Shown piece after piece: positions 39,390 through 51,520 of a stretch of 60,295 nt of DNA. Source of the DNA: Chiloscyllium plagiosum (taxonomy: Eukaryota); assembly GCF_004010195.1 (NCBI RefSeq), contig NC_057759.1, positions 2,044,044 through 2,104,338 of the forward strand, given 5' to 3'. A program made the translations under genes and the position numbers. The notes below the pieces were generated by a model. The model ran no database searches, was not told the DNA's origin, and saw only the letters and a program-made list of their open reading frames with translations. How positions within the stretch are numbered: the first letter of the stretch is position 1; the number at the start of each line of letters is the position of its first letter.

Positions 39390-39890
39390 CTCAGTCACAC
39401 AGCAGAAACTGACAAGTATAGATCAATTCCAAAACTCTCCTACGGGCAAAACAGAAACTGACAGGTGTAATTGATAGCTGCTCTCACATATTCACTCTGC
39501 AGAAACTGAAAGGGAGAGAATGATACATAAATATCCATGCGCACATGCACGCCCGTGCACACACATGTGACTAAGCTAACACATTTACTTAGCAAACACT
39601 GGCATCTATAGTCTGCTTAATGTATTTGCACATTTATAAAGTAGATGTTGACAAATATAGATTCATAACTCCATCCTGAGATACACAGAGCAGAAATTAA
39701 CAAGGACAGATTGAACAATCACACTCACATGGCAGGACATTTCAGAGGAAGACTGATAACTACATTCTCATCATCAAAACTTATTGGAACAGATTAATAG
39801 CATTCCCTGTTTCAAATCGCATTAATTGACATGTACAGTTTGATAATGACACTCATGTTTACAGCACAGAAACTGACAGGTAGAAATTAA
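39390..39890 (+). repeat. ~47-bp satellite array (continues 40670-40930)
   Basis: GCAGAAACTGACA(G/A)GTA units. Confidence 0.65.
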
Positions 39891-39891
39891 T

Positions 39892-40665
39892 AACGAAAAT
39901 TGCTGGAAAATCACAGATTTGGCAGCATTGGTGGAGGGAAATCAGACTTAACATTTGAGGTCTAGTGACCCCTCCTCAGAACTGATTATGTGCATTTTCC
40001 TACCATTTGGTGTTCTCATTGCTGGGGAAAATGAGTGTAGATTGGGTGTCCATTGTGCAGAAAACCTACATTCTGTCCAGAATCATGTCCCTGAGCTTCT
40101 CGTAGAATGCCACTTCAACACACCACCCTGTACCCCGGCCAACATCTCTGTCTCAGGCTTGCTGCAGTGCTCCAGCAAAGTTCAGCGCAAGCTGGAAGAA
40201 CAGCACCTGATTTTCTGCTTAGGAACTCAACAGCCTTCTGGACTCAATATTGAATTCTAAAACTTTAGAGCTAGAGCTCTCCCATATCATTACCCAAAAC
40301 CCCTCTCACCACACAGTGTTATCACAGGGTCTTCTATTGTACACCAAAACTCACTAACAGTCTCTATTAATACCTATTACAATCCTCTTCTGACTGTGAT
40401 CCACTAGTTTATCTGTCCAACTGTTCTTCCCTCTCTGGATTCTAGATGCATTCACCATTTACTCCCTTACCCTTCAACACACCCTGTCCTCTGCAGAAAA
40501 TCTAATATTTTCCTGGCTACCATCTCTTCACAGGAAGGTTTACTGGACTGGAAATTTTAACTATGATTTCTGTCCACAGTCTCTGACAGACCTGCTGAGC
40601 TTTTCCAGCAATTTGTTTTAGTTTCTGATTTCCAGCATCTGCAGTTCTTTTGGTTTTCATTTAGA
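39892..40665 (+). mobile_element. Non-autonomous PLE with inverted termini and GIY-YIG C-terminus
   Basis: ENLHSVQNHVPELLVECHFN...QRKLEEQHLIFCLGTQQPSGLNIEF; AATTGCTGGAAAA (~39900) inverted vs TTTTCCAGCAATT (~40600). Confidence 0.78.
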
Positions 40666-40929
40666 GATTAATAACTACATTTTCATATTCACAGAGCATA
40701 AACTACCAGGGAAAATTGATAACCACATTCACATGTTCACAAAAGAAAATCTGCCTTGCAAACAATGATAAATGCACTCACATTTACATTACAGAGCCTG
40801 ACCGGGAAGGGTTCTTAACTAAACAAAACATTCATGAAGCAAAAACTAACAGGGACTGTTAAAAAGTAAATTGTCGTATTCACATAGCAGAACCTGGCAG
40901 ACTTAGATTGACAATTACCCAAACACATT

Positions 40930-41550
40930 CAGTATTGAGTACAGTTGTTGAGAGGTCACCTTGCAGCTGTACAGGACATTGGTTAGGCCACTGTTGGAAT
41001 ATTGCATGCAATTCTGGTCTCCTTCCTATAGGAATGATATTGTGAGTCTTGAAAGGGTTCAGAAAAGATGTACATGGATGTTGCCAGGTTTGGAGGATTT
41101 GAGCTATGGGGAGAGGTTGAATAGGTTAGGGCTGTATTCCCTGGAGCATCGGAGGCTGAGGGGTGACATTTTAGAAGTTTATAAAATCATGAGGGGCATG
41201 GATAGGATAAATAGACAAAATCTTTTCCCTGAGGTGGGGGAGTCCAAAACTAGAGGGCATAGGTTTAGGGTGAGAGGGGAAAGATATAAAAGAGATCTAA
41301 GGGGCACATTTTCATGCAGAGGGTTGCACTTGTATGGAATGACTGCCAGGAGGAAGTGGTGGAGGCTGGTACAATTGCAGCATTTAAAAGCCATTGAGAC
41401 TTGTATATGAATAGGAAGAGTTTGGAGGGATATGGGCCGGGTGCTGGCAGGTGGGACTAGATTGGGTTGGGATATCTAGTTGGCATGGACAAGTTGGACC
41501 GAAGGATCTGTTTCTGTGCTGTACATCTCTATGACTATGACTCTATGACA
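40930..41550 (+). mobile_element. 5'-truncated CR1 LINE
   Basis: ORF 40961-41410 and (ctatga)n tail. Confidence 0.92.
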
Positions 41551-41989
41551 TTCACCAAGGAGATTTCCTCACTTGGATAAGGGAATTCAGCATGTCCATA
41601 AAGACTTATGCAAATTTTTATAGATGCAACATTTCCACTTCCCCCTGTCTTGGGAAAGCAACCAACAACATGAAAGACCCATCCGACCCCAGTTATACGC
41701 TCCTCCCCCCCGGTCTGTCAGGTTGAAAATTCAGAAGTTTGAATACACCATCCAACAGATTCAACAACAGCTTCCCTGCTATTATTAGATTTTTGAACGG
41801 ACCTCTAAACTTTGATGCTAATCTCTGCACCTTTTCTGCAGCTTTAACACTGGATTCTGGATTCTGTTCTAATTACCTTGATGGACCTTGGATGAGATGA
41901 ACTACCTGTAAGGTGCACAAAAAAATACTTTTCAATTTATCTCAGGACATGTGATAATAATGATCAAATTACATGAACAACTGCAGTCT

Positions 41990-43215
41990 TATGTTCATAT
42001 AGCAGAATCTGAGGGGTACAGAGTGATAACTACAGTCACACATACTGACAGGAAAAGATGAATAAATCCACTCAAAACACTGGAATTACAGGGCCTGACA
42101 GGGTAATATTGATAATTAAACTCTCTCATTCACAAAGCAGAAGCTGATAGCAACAGGGGAAACCTCAGCTCACACATTCACATAGCAGGGATAGATTGAC
42201 AATTACATAAACATATTCACCAAGCAGAAACTGACAGCTACAGATTGATAACTATATTTATGTATTCATGCAACAGAGTCTGAAAGGTACAGATTGAGTT
42301 ACACTCACTTTGTCAAAGAAGAAATTGACAGGTAGAGAATGATAACTGTACTCCCACATTCACATCGCTGAAACAGACCACTACAGTTTGATTAATACAC
42401 CCATATTCACAGCAGAATCTGATGGGTACTGATCAATAACTGTATTCACATATTGACAGGAAATAAACTGACAGGGACAGGTTGGTATCGACTCTCTCAA
42501 ATTGATGTAGTAGAAACAGATTGACAATGACACTCTGGTGTCAATAGCAAAACCTGACAGGTACTGTTTGATAATTGCATTCACACATTGGTATAGCTAA
42601 AGCAGACAAATAGAGATCAATGTCTACATTCACACAGAAGAAACTGATGGGTACAATTTGATGATTGCATTTAATATTCATACAGCAGAAACTGACGGGT
42701 AGATACTGATAATGACACTCACGTTCTCATAGCTGAAACTGACAGGTTCAGGTTGATAACTACACTCTCAGATACACATTAGAAACTTTTCAGATTGGTA
42801 TGTAAACTCACACATTCACAGGGCAGAAACTGACAGGTACATATTAATGACTAAACTCTCACATCCCCATCAGTTAAAACACACAGGGAATGATTTTATT
42901 TACTTAAAATGTATTTAACAACCAGTCCCTGCAAGTTTATTGTGTTTGGATATATAAGTTTAGTTATCAATCTATATCTGTTAGTTTATGCTATGTGAAT
43001 GTATGAGTGTAGTTATTAATCTGTCCTTGTCAGTCTCTGCAATGCCAAAATGTAAATATATTTACTAGAGTGTGACAGGGACAGATTGATAACTACATTT
43101 ACTCACACATTTGCACAGTTTATTTTAACAGGTACAGGTTGACAGCTGTACTCCCACATTCACCTCACTGGAACTGACAGGTATGGCTTGATAAGGAAAC
43201 TCTCACATCCAGATA
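41990..43215 (+). repeat. Longest ~47-bp satellite array
   Basis: Over 20 degenerate CACATTCACA..GCAGAAACTGACAGGTA.AG.TTGATAACTAC units. Confidence 0.75.
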
Positions 43216-43466
43216 CGCACTTGGGTAACCCTATTGTGGAGGTATTGGTTAGTATCTGGTTCTCAGTGAATTGGTATAGATATTTTTATTACAATCACCA
43301 AAGAGCAGCTCAGGCCAAGAATAGAATCAGACCTGTAGTTCTGTTGGACTTGCCAGTTTGAAAGAAAAACAGCCTAATGATTATTAAATGAATGTTACAT
43401 TCAAAGGTTTGATATTGTCAAACTTAATGTTGATTTACAGGAGATGTCTCTTCTGTCTTCCTCCAG

Positions 43467-43542
43467 ACAAATACTTGAAGGACGAAAACACATTCCCTCG
43501 GGGCGAAGCCAAGTGTGATCAGTTCCTTCTAACAAACAGCAG
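43467..43542 (+). other. Candidate exon (copy 5, 76 nt)
   Basis: ctcttctgtcttcctccAG ... CAG|GTATGT. Confidence 0.55.
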
Positions 43543-43729
43543 GTATGTTACCGTTGTCAGACACTAAAGAACATCCTTTCCACAGTCACAGAGCAGTTTG
43601 AATTAGATGCACATTGAGCTCAATTTCAAACAAAGAGTCAAATACCACCAAGGAATAACAATTTTTTTCTCTCTCTCCATTCTCCATGCACATCACCCCA
43701 TTTCCAATACATGTTATTATTCACTGTCA

Positions 43730-46570
43730 TAGAGTCATAGCTTTACACAGCACCGAAACAGACACTTCAGCTGGACTCATCCATGCCAACCAGCTATCCT
43801 GAACTAATCCAGTCTCATTTGCCAGCACATGGCCCATATCCCTCTAAACCCTTCCTGTTCTTGTATCCATCCAGGTGCCTTTTAAATGGTGTAATTGTAC
43901 TAGTCTCCACCAATTTCTCTGGCAGCTCATTCTATACACACACTACGCCACATTGAAAAAATTGCCCTCCAGATCCCCTTTAAATCTTCCCCTCTAACCT
44001 TAAGCCTATGCCCTTTCGCTCTGGACTCCCCTACCCAAGGGAATAAATGTTGTTTATTTATCCTCTCCATAGCTCTCATGATTTTATAAACCTCTATTAG
44101 GTTACCCCTCCGAAAACAGCCTTAGGCCTATTCAACCTCTCCCGATACCTCAAATACTCCAACCCTGGCAACATCCTTGTAAATCTTTTCTGAACCCCTT
44201 CAAGTTTTACAATATCTTTCTGATAGGTAGAAGACCAGAATTGCATGCAATATTCCAACAGTGGCCTAACCAATGTCCTGTACAACCGCAACATGATTTC
44301 CCAACTCCTGTAATCAATTCACTGACCAATAAAGGAAAGCATACCAAACCTCCTTTACTATCCGATCAACCTGCCACGCCATTTTCAAGGAGCTATGAAC
44401 CTGCACTCCAAGGTCTCTTTGTTCAGCAACACTCCTTAGGGCATTATCATTAAGTGTCTAAGTCCTGCTAAGATTTGCTTTCCCAAAATGCAGCACCTCA
44501 CATTTATCTAAATTAAACTCCATCTGCCACTTCTCAGCCCATCTGATCAAGATCCTGTTGTAATCCGAGGTAATCATCTTCACTGTCCATTACACCTCCA
44601 ATTTTGGCGTCATCTGCATAATTACTAACTATACCTCTTGTCAGGTGGGTCAGTGGGCTGAGGAGTGGCAGTTGTCGTTTAGCTTACATACATTTTGAAA
44701 AGGCAAACTAAGACATGAATTCCACACTTAACGGTAGGGCATTGGGGAGTGTTGGTGAACTAAGAAACCTCAGTGTGCCGGTGAAGATTTCCTTGAATGT
44801 ACTCCAACAGGTTTATTTGGAAGCACTAGCTTTCAAAGCACTGTTCCTCTTTCAACCACCTGATGAAAATCAGTGCTTCAAAAGCTAGTCTTTCCAAATA
44901 AACCTGTTGGACGAAAACCTGGTGTTGTCATTTTTCACTTTGTCCACCCGAGTCCAACACTGGCATCTCCAGGTCCATGAAAGTAGCTGCAGATAGACAG
45001 GGCAGTGAAGAAGGCATTTGGCGTGCTTGCCTTCATTGTTCAGAATATTGAGTGTAGGAGTTCGGAGGTCATCTGGTGACTGTGCAGGATATTGGTGATT
45101 GTGTACACTTTTAGGAGATTGTGTACAATTCTCATCAACCTGCTGCAGGAAGAATGTTGTTAAACTTGAGGTGGTACAGTAAAGATTTACAAGGACGTTA
45201 TAGAGATATAGAGTTGTACAGCATAGAAACAGACCCTTTGGCCCACCATGTCCATGATGTTCAACAAACACCAAACTGCATTCATCCCATTTACCTGCAC
45301 TTGGCTCATAGCTGACTATACCTTGGCTTTTTAAATGCACGTCCCGATGCTGCTTAAATGCTGTGAGAGTACTCAATTACCCTCTCAGGCAGAACGTTCC
45401 AAACTTTACCCACCCTCTGGGTTAAAATATTTTTCTCACATTTCCTCTCAGCTGTTTTCTCCTCAACTTCAACTGGTGCCCTCTGGACTTAGACACATTG
45501 AGAGAATCTTTCTCCCCGTGACCAATCTACTCTGCCTACATTTCTGATAATTTGGTATTCTTCAGTCAGATCCTCCCTTAGCCTCCTCTGCTCCAAGGAA
45601 ACAAAACTCAGCCTGTCCAGTCTTGCCTCATAAAGGAGACTTTCCAACCCACTGCACCCTCTCCAATACAATTGCATCCTTCTGATAGGGTGGCAGCCAG
45701 ACCTGCACACAGTATTCCATCTGTGGCCTAATCAATGTTCTATAAAATTGTAGGAGAAAGTGAGGACTGCAGATGCTGGAAATCAGAGCTGAAAATGTGT
45801 CACTGGAAAAGCAACCTGCTGCAGGAAGGATGTTGTTAAACATGAGGTGGTACAGTAAAGATTTGACCTGCTGCGCTTTTCCAGCAACACATTTTCAGCT
45901 CTATAAAATTGTAATAAGACTTCCTTTCTTTTAAATTGTACAGCTCAGGTACTAAAGACCAGCATTCTGTATGCCTTCTTCAGCAGCCTGTCTGCCTGAG
46001 TTGTTTCCGTCTGGGATCTATAGACTTGTATACCAAGGTCCCTTTGTTCCTCAGTACTCCCTTGGGACTTACCTTTCATTGTGTAATTCTTTCCCTTATT
46101 AGACCTCCTAAAATACATTATATCATACTTTTCAGGAATATCAGAGCCATTGTTCTACCGGCTGTACTCCTACTGTAGCCTGACACCGTCCCCTTCGCTG
46201 TCAACAGTGCTGCCAATTTTCATGTCGAAGAAGAAAGAACAGTACAGCACAGGCCCTTTGCCCTCCAAGCCTGCACCAACACATTTCGCACTTCCACACT
46301 AAAATCTCATCTACAAACATAGTAATTGTACCTTCTGCATTCACATCCAAGTCGTTAATGTACACAATGAACAGCAAGTGTCCCAGCACTGATCCCTGTG
46401 GGACACCGCTGGTCACAGGCTTCCAATCACAAACACAACCCATCACAATCACACTTTGCATCCTGTCTGCAAACTAATTTCAGATCCAGTTTGCTTAAGA
46501 CTCCAAGAGCCAATCTTAGACCAGTCTTTTATATGGGACTTTGTCAAAGGCTATCGGAGTTGCCTGTACC
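43730..46570. mobile_element. Nest of CR1 fragments (mirror of 21100-23612)
   Basis: ORFs 44097(-), 45489(-), 46201(-) with CR1 RT motifs (SGVPQGSVLGHLLFIVYINDLD). Confidence 0.82.
45753..45899. mobile_element. PLE-derived palindromic element whose centre is replaced by a copy of nearby DNA
   Basis: TCTATAAAATTGTA at 45739-45752 and 45900-45913; arms AGAGCTGAAAATGTGT / ACACATTTTCAGCTCT; 45812-45864 matches 45136-45188. Confidence 0.8.
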
Positions 46571-47634
46571 TGCCAGAATAGAGTGGCCCATATCTGTTAA
46601 CACAAACTGACCGATAAGTGGAAAGTATAATTAAACAGCAAAATGTGAGAGACAATGGCAGAAACTAAGCACATCAGCCTGCTCACACACTGAGGCATAA
46701 TGATTCCATTGAACAAGCCACTCAGAGGACAGTAAAAAGGACCTAGCCTGTTCACATTCGAAACAGTTCTGACACGCAGACCTAAGGTCTGAGAAACAAG
46801 TAACTCCAGCCACATTAAATGAAAGGGAATTGTGCCAGTAAATGAACAGGCACCAGATGTTAGATACAGCCCATTAATCCCCTAAAACAACTGAGGGGGC
46901 AACAGCTAGAGTTATCTTATACTACTCAGTTTCGTAACTGTATGACTTTACACATTTTAACTAACTTTAAGAGAAATCAAAGTTACAAATTTATAGCAAG
47001 TAATGCAAAATTAACTGTTTTCTGTTTTTTCTTCATATACAATAAGGACCATGGGGCATGTAAGAAGAGCAATAGAATTTGATTAAAATTAAATACAATG
47101 AATAACAGCATTCAGGATGTCCCACAAGATAAGCGAGACTGACAGAAGCCCGAAGCAGTGTAGCAAGTAACTCTGGAATGTGAACAAATAGGAGACATAG
47201 AAAGATCCCAAGGCTCAGAGATTACAGTATCTGCTAATCACCTTCAGATCATGTTAACCAGGAGCTGTCCAATGGATGCCCATCATTGATTAGGTGTCTC
47301 ATAGGATAGGGTATGCAAAGTAAGAAGAAGGAACATATAAATCACATTGTATGTGATTGTTCACAGAAAGTGTACAATAAATACTGCTTTTTTAATTGTA
47401 AAATCAGAGTGTGCCATGGCGCTCACCTCCGAGGCCAATCTCAGGGGAAGATCCTTTGGCACTCTCCCGGCATTAACTGGTTTCTGGTTGAAGAAACACC
47501 TACCACTTGCCTGAATCCTCCCTGCTTCCTGAGTCTTTCTTCTTTGGTCGGTGGTTACGCTCCTTCAAAGGCCTTTTTGTTGTCCATGTAAACTATATCA
47601 ACTGCACTACTCCCATCAGTACATTTCGATGCCA

Positions 47635-48092
47635 GAACTAGAGGATTTGAGTTATGGGGAGAGGCCGAATAGGCAGTGTTTTTTTTTTATCCCTGGACTG
47701 TCTGAGGCTGAGGTATGACCTTATTGAGGTTAATAAAATCAAGAGTGACATTGAGAGGGTGAATATGCAAGGTCTTTTTTCTAATGCTGGAGAGTCCAAT
47801 AATAGAGGGCAAAGGTTTAAGTTGAGATGGAAAAGATTTAAAAAGCATGTGTGGGGTTACTTTATCATTGCCGAGGGTGGTGCTTGTATGGAATGAGCGA
47901 CCAGAGGACGTGGAGGTGGTGGGTACAATTACAATTTTTTGTAGGCACCTGGATTGGTACATGAATAGGAAGGGTTTATAGGGCGACAGACCAAATGCTG
48001 GCAAATGGGACTTGGTCAGATTAGGATCTCTGGTCAGCACTAACAACTTGGACCAAAGGACCTGTTTCTGTGCTGTATAACTGTATGACACT
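47635..48092 (+). mobile_element. CR1 3' fragment
   Basis: LRLRYDLIEVNKI...RGQRFKLR and 3' UTR. Confidence 0.85.
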
Positions 48093-48112
48093 CTGAAGGC
48101 CAGACCTTGATA

Positions 48113-48543
48113 TCACTACTCTGGATCAGTGGTGCTGGAAGAGCACAGCAATTCAGGCAGCATCCGAGGAGCTTCGAAATCGACGTTTCGGGCAAAAGCC
48201 CTTCATCAGGAATAAAGGCAGAGAGCCTGAAGCGTGGAGAGATAAGCTAGAGGAGGGTGGGGGTGGGGATAGAGTAGCATAGAGTACAATAGGTCAGTGG
48301 GGAAGGAGATGAAGGTGATAGGTCAGGGAGGAGAGATGGCCTCTTGCAAAAATGCCATCCCGTATTCCCAATTCCTCCGCCTCCGCCGTATCTGCTCCCA
48401 GGAGGAGCGGTTCCACCATAGAACACACCAGATGGCCTCCTTCTCTAGAGACCGCAATTTCCCTTCCCACGTGGTTAAAGATGCCCCCCAACGCATCTCA
48501 TCCACATCCCGCAATTCCGCCCTCAGACTCAACCCCTCCAACC
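48113..48543 (-). mobile_element. PLE pseudo-LTR (minus, 48113-48333) joined to an inverted ORF fragment (plus, 48334-48543)
   Basis: The plus fragment (ASCKNAIPYSQFLRLRRICSQ) is the reverse complement of ~49384-49585. Confidence 0.85.
48177..48214 (-). ncRNA. Minimal type-I hammerhead ribozyme motif, core intact
   Basis: ATTC-CTGATGA-A-GGGC-TTTT-GCCC-GAAA-C-GTC-GATT: both conserved boxes, stem II, palindromic ACGT in place of stem III, GUC cleavage triplet. Confidence 0.7.
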
Positions 48544-48996
48544 NNNNNNNNNNNNNNNNNNNNNNNNNNNNNNNNNNNNNNNNNNNNNNNNNNNNNNNNN
48601 NNNNNNNNNNNNNNNNNNNNNNNNNNNNNNNNNNNNNNNNNNNNNNNNNNNNNNNNNNNNNNNNNNNNNNNNNNNNNNNNNNNNNNNNNNNNNNNNNNNN
48701 NNNNNNNNNNNNNNNNNNNNNNNNNNNNNNNNNNNNNNNNNNNNNNNNNNNNNNNNNNNNNNNNNNNNNNNNNNNNNNNNNNNNNNNNNNNNNNNNNNNN
48801 NNNNNNNNNNNNNNNNNNNNNNNNNNNNNNNNNNNNNNNNNNNNNNNNNNNNNNNNNNNNNNNNNNNNNNNNNNNNNNNNNNNNNNNNNNNNNNNNNNNN
48901 NNNNNNNNNNNNNNNNNNNNNNNNNNNNNNNNNNNNNNNNNNNNNNNNNNNNNNNNNNNNNNNNNNNNNNNNNNNNNNNNNNNNNNNNNNNNNNNN

Positions 48997-49228
48997 GAGT
49001 GTGTGGGTTGGTAACTGGAGTGAGTGGGTTGGTAACTGGAGTGAGTGTGTTGGTAACTGGAGTGTATGGGTTGGTAACTGGAGTGAGTGGGTTGGTAACG
49101 AGTGAGTATGTTGGTAACTGGAGTGTGTGGGTTGGTAACTGGAGTGAGTGGGTTGGTAACTGGAGTGAGTGTGTTGGTAACTGGAGTGTATGGGTTGGTA
49201 ACTGGAGTGAGTGGGTTGGTAACTGGAG
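48997..49228. repeat. 21-bp minisatellite (~11 units) flanking N-gap 48544-48996
   Basis: (GAGTGAGTGGGTTGGTAACTG)n with 19-21-bp variants. Confidence 0.92.
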
Positions 49229-50765
49229 AATATTGCGGAAGGCGGGGAGGGGTGGGGAGGGAAATATATCCCTGGTGGTGGGGTCTGTTTGGAGGTGGCG
49301 GAAATGTCGGCGGATGATTTGGTTTATGGGAAGGTTGGTAGGGTGGAAGGTGAGCACCAGGGGTGTTCTGTCCTTGTTGCGGTTGGAGGGGTTGGGTCTG
49401 AGGGCGGAGGTGCGGGATGTGAACGTGATGCGTTGGAGGGCATCTTTAACCACGTGGGAAGGGAAATTGCGGTCTCTGAAGAAGGAGGCCATCTGGTGTG
49501 TTCTATGGTGGAACCGCTCCTCCTGGGAGCAGATACGGCGGAGGCGGAGGGATTGGGAATACGGGATGGCATTTTTGCAAGAGGTAGGGTGGGAAGAGGT
49601 GTGTAATCCAGGTAGCTGTGGGAGTCGGTGGGTTTGTAGAAAATGTCAGTGTCAAGTCTGTCGTCACTGATGGAGATGGAGAGGTCCAGGAAGGGGAGCC
49701 AGGTGTCGGAGATGGTCCAGGTAAATTTAAGGTCAGGGTGGAATGTGTTGGTGAAGTTGATGAATTGCTCAACCTCCTCGCGAGAGTACGAGGTGGCGCC
49801 AATGCAGTCATCAATGTAGCGGAGGAAGAGGTGGGGAGTGGTGCCGGTGTAATTACGGAGGATCAACTGCTCTACGTAGCCAACAAAGAGACAGGCATAG
49901 CTGGGGCCCATATGTGTGCCCATGGCTACCCCTTTGGTCTGGAGGAAGTGGGAGGATTCAAAGGAGAAATTGTTAAGGGTGAGGACGAGGTCGGGCGAAC
50001 GAATGAGAGTGTCGGTGGAGGGGTACTGTTGGGAACGTTTGGAGAGGAAACAACGGAGGGCTTGGAGGCCCTGGTCATGGCGGATGGAGGTGTAGAGGGT
50101 TTGGATATCCATGGTGAAGATGAGGTGTTGGGGGCCGGGGGAGCGGAAGTCTTGGAGGAGGTGGAGGGCGTGGGTGGTGTCTCGAACGTATGTGGGGGGT
50201 TCCTGGACTAGGGGGGATAGGACAGTGTCGAGGTAGGTAGAGATGGGTTCAGTGGGGCAGGAGCATGCTGAGACAATGGGTCAGCCATGGTGGTCAGGCT
50301 TGTGGATCTTGGGAAGGGGGTAGAACCGGGCAGTGCGGGGTTCCTGGACTATGAGGTTGGAAGCTGTGGGTGGGAGATCTCCTGAGGTGATGAGGTTCTG
50401 TATGGTCTGGGAGATGATGGTTTGGTGATGGGGGGGGGGGGCATGGTCAAGGGGGCGGTAGGAAGAGGTGTCCTCGAGTTGGCGTTTGGCTTCAGCGATG
50501 TAGAGGTCAGTGCGCCAGACTACCCCTTTGTCCGCTGGCTTGATGGTGAGGTCAGGATTGGAGCAGAGGGATTGGAGGGCTGCGCGTTGTGAGGGTAAGA
50601 GGTTGGAGTGGGGGAGTGGTGTCGACAGATTGAGGCGGTTAATGTCCCGGCGGCAGTTGGAAATGAAGAGGTTGAGGGCAGGTAATAGGCCAGCACGGGG
50701 TGTCCAGGTGGATGCAGTGTGTTGGAGGTGGGCGAAGGGGTCCTCGGAAGATGGGCGGGAATCCT
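49229..50765 (-). mobile_element. Penelope-like element, RT domain fairly well preserved
   Basis: MDIQTLYTSI...QTKGVAMGTHMGPSYACLF...FLRYIDD...PFLDL...KPTDSHSYLDY; frameshifts near 49604 and upstream. Confidence 0.93.
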
Positions 50766-50829
50766 GATTGTGAAAGTAAGCTCGGAGGCGGAGGCGACGG
50801 AAGAATTGTTCGATGTCACGGCGTGTATT

Positions 50830-51520
50830 TTTACCTTAATATCACTACTCCCAGTTAGATTCCGCACTATCAGAATTGCAAATGTCCATTGCTTTTCCCA
50901 CCGTGACATTTAAGAACAGCACAGACTCGTTTCTGTGGCAATGTGTTGCAGTTTTACTAGTCTGTGAATCCAAAGATACAAACAATTACAGAAAATAAGA
51001 TCTTTCCCATTCACTTCAGGAAACGAACTGAGAACTCTCTCCTGTCCCAATCTGCTGTCCACTTTATAACAAGCATTTAAACTGCTCAGTAACACAATGC
51101 AGGAAGACTGAAGCAGGGTCAAATCTGTCTGTATACACAATGGAGAACAGCCTGAGTAGTCAACATTAAATTTTAGTTTCTAAGGTCTTCACTAGACAAG
51201 GTGGCTCTACTCTGTGGCGGCCTGTCACATCTGATGAGAGTTTTGAAGGACCAGTCTCATTGAATAGCACAGACTGGCAGGTAGATAGTAATTCCCAAGT
51301 ACACAAGCCGTACAAGTGAATGGAAGAGCAGAGCAAACAGTTACTGACTGCGCCTGTTATTGTCCTTATTCATGTAATGAAGGGTGTGAAGGAAATTGAT
51401 TTCTGGACTCAACAAAGAATGAGATCGTGCCAATACACAGTGGGTATAGAATAACTTGCAAAGCACACAAATACTGTCAGGTTAGTAGGTCCACAGGCAA
51501 AAATAGAAAAATCATGCCTG
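50830..51520 (+). pseudogene. Third fragment of the decayed large exon
   Basis: YHYSQLDSALSELQMSIAFPTVTFKNSTDSFLWQCVAVLLV aligns with YPHCSWLDSAL*ELQKSIAFLPLILKKSTDAFLL*CVACLPV at ~37759; homology beyond ~50970 is weak by eye. Confidence 0.4.

Noticed and set aside
41990..43215. CRISPR-like array (conserved core with variable sequence between)
   Set aside because: The variable parts are themselves degenerate copies of one unit; eukaryotic context, no cas genes
48997..49228. Telomeric repeat or repeat-protein ORF (LVTGVSG / GNWSEWV)
   Set aside because: Not TTAGGG; a stop-free 21-bp minisatellite gives open frames by chance
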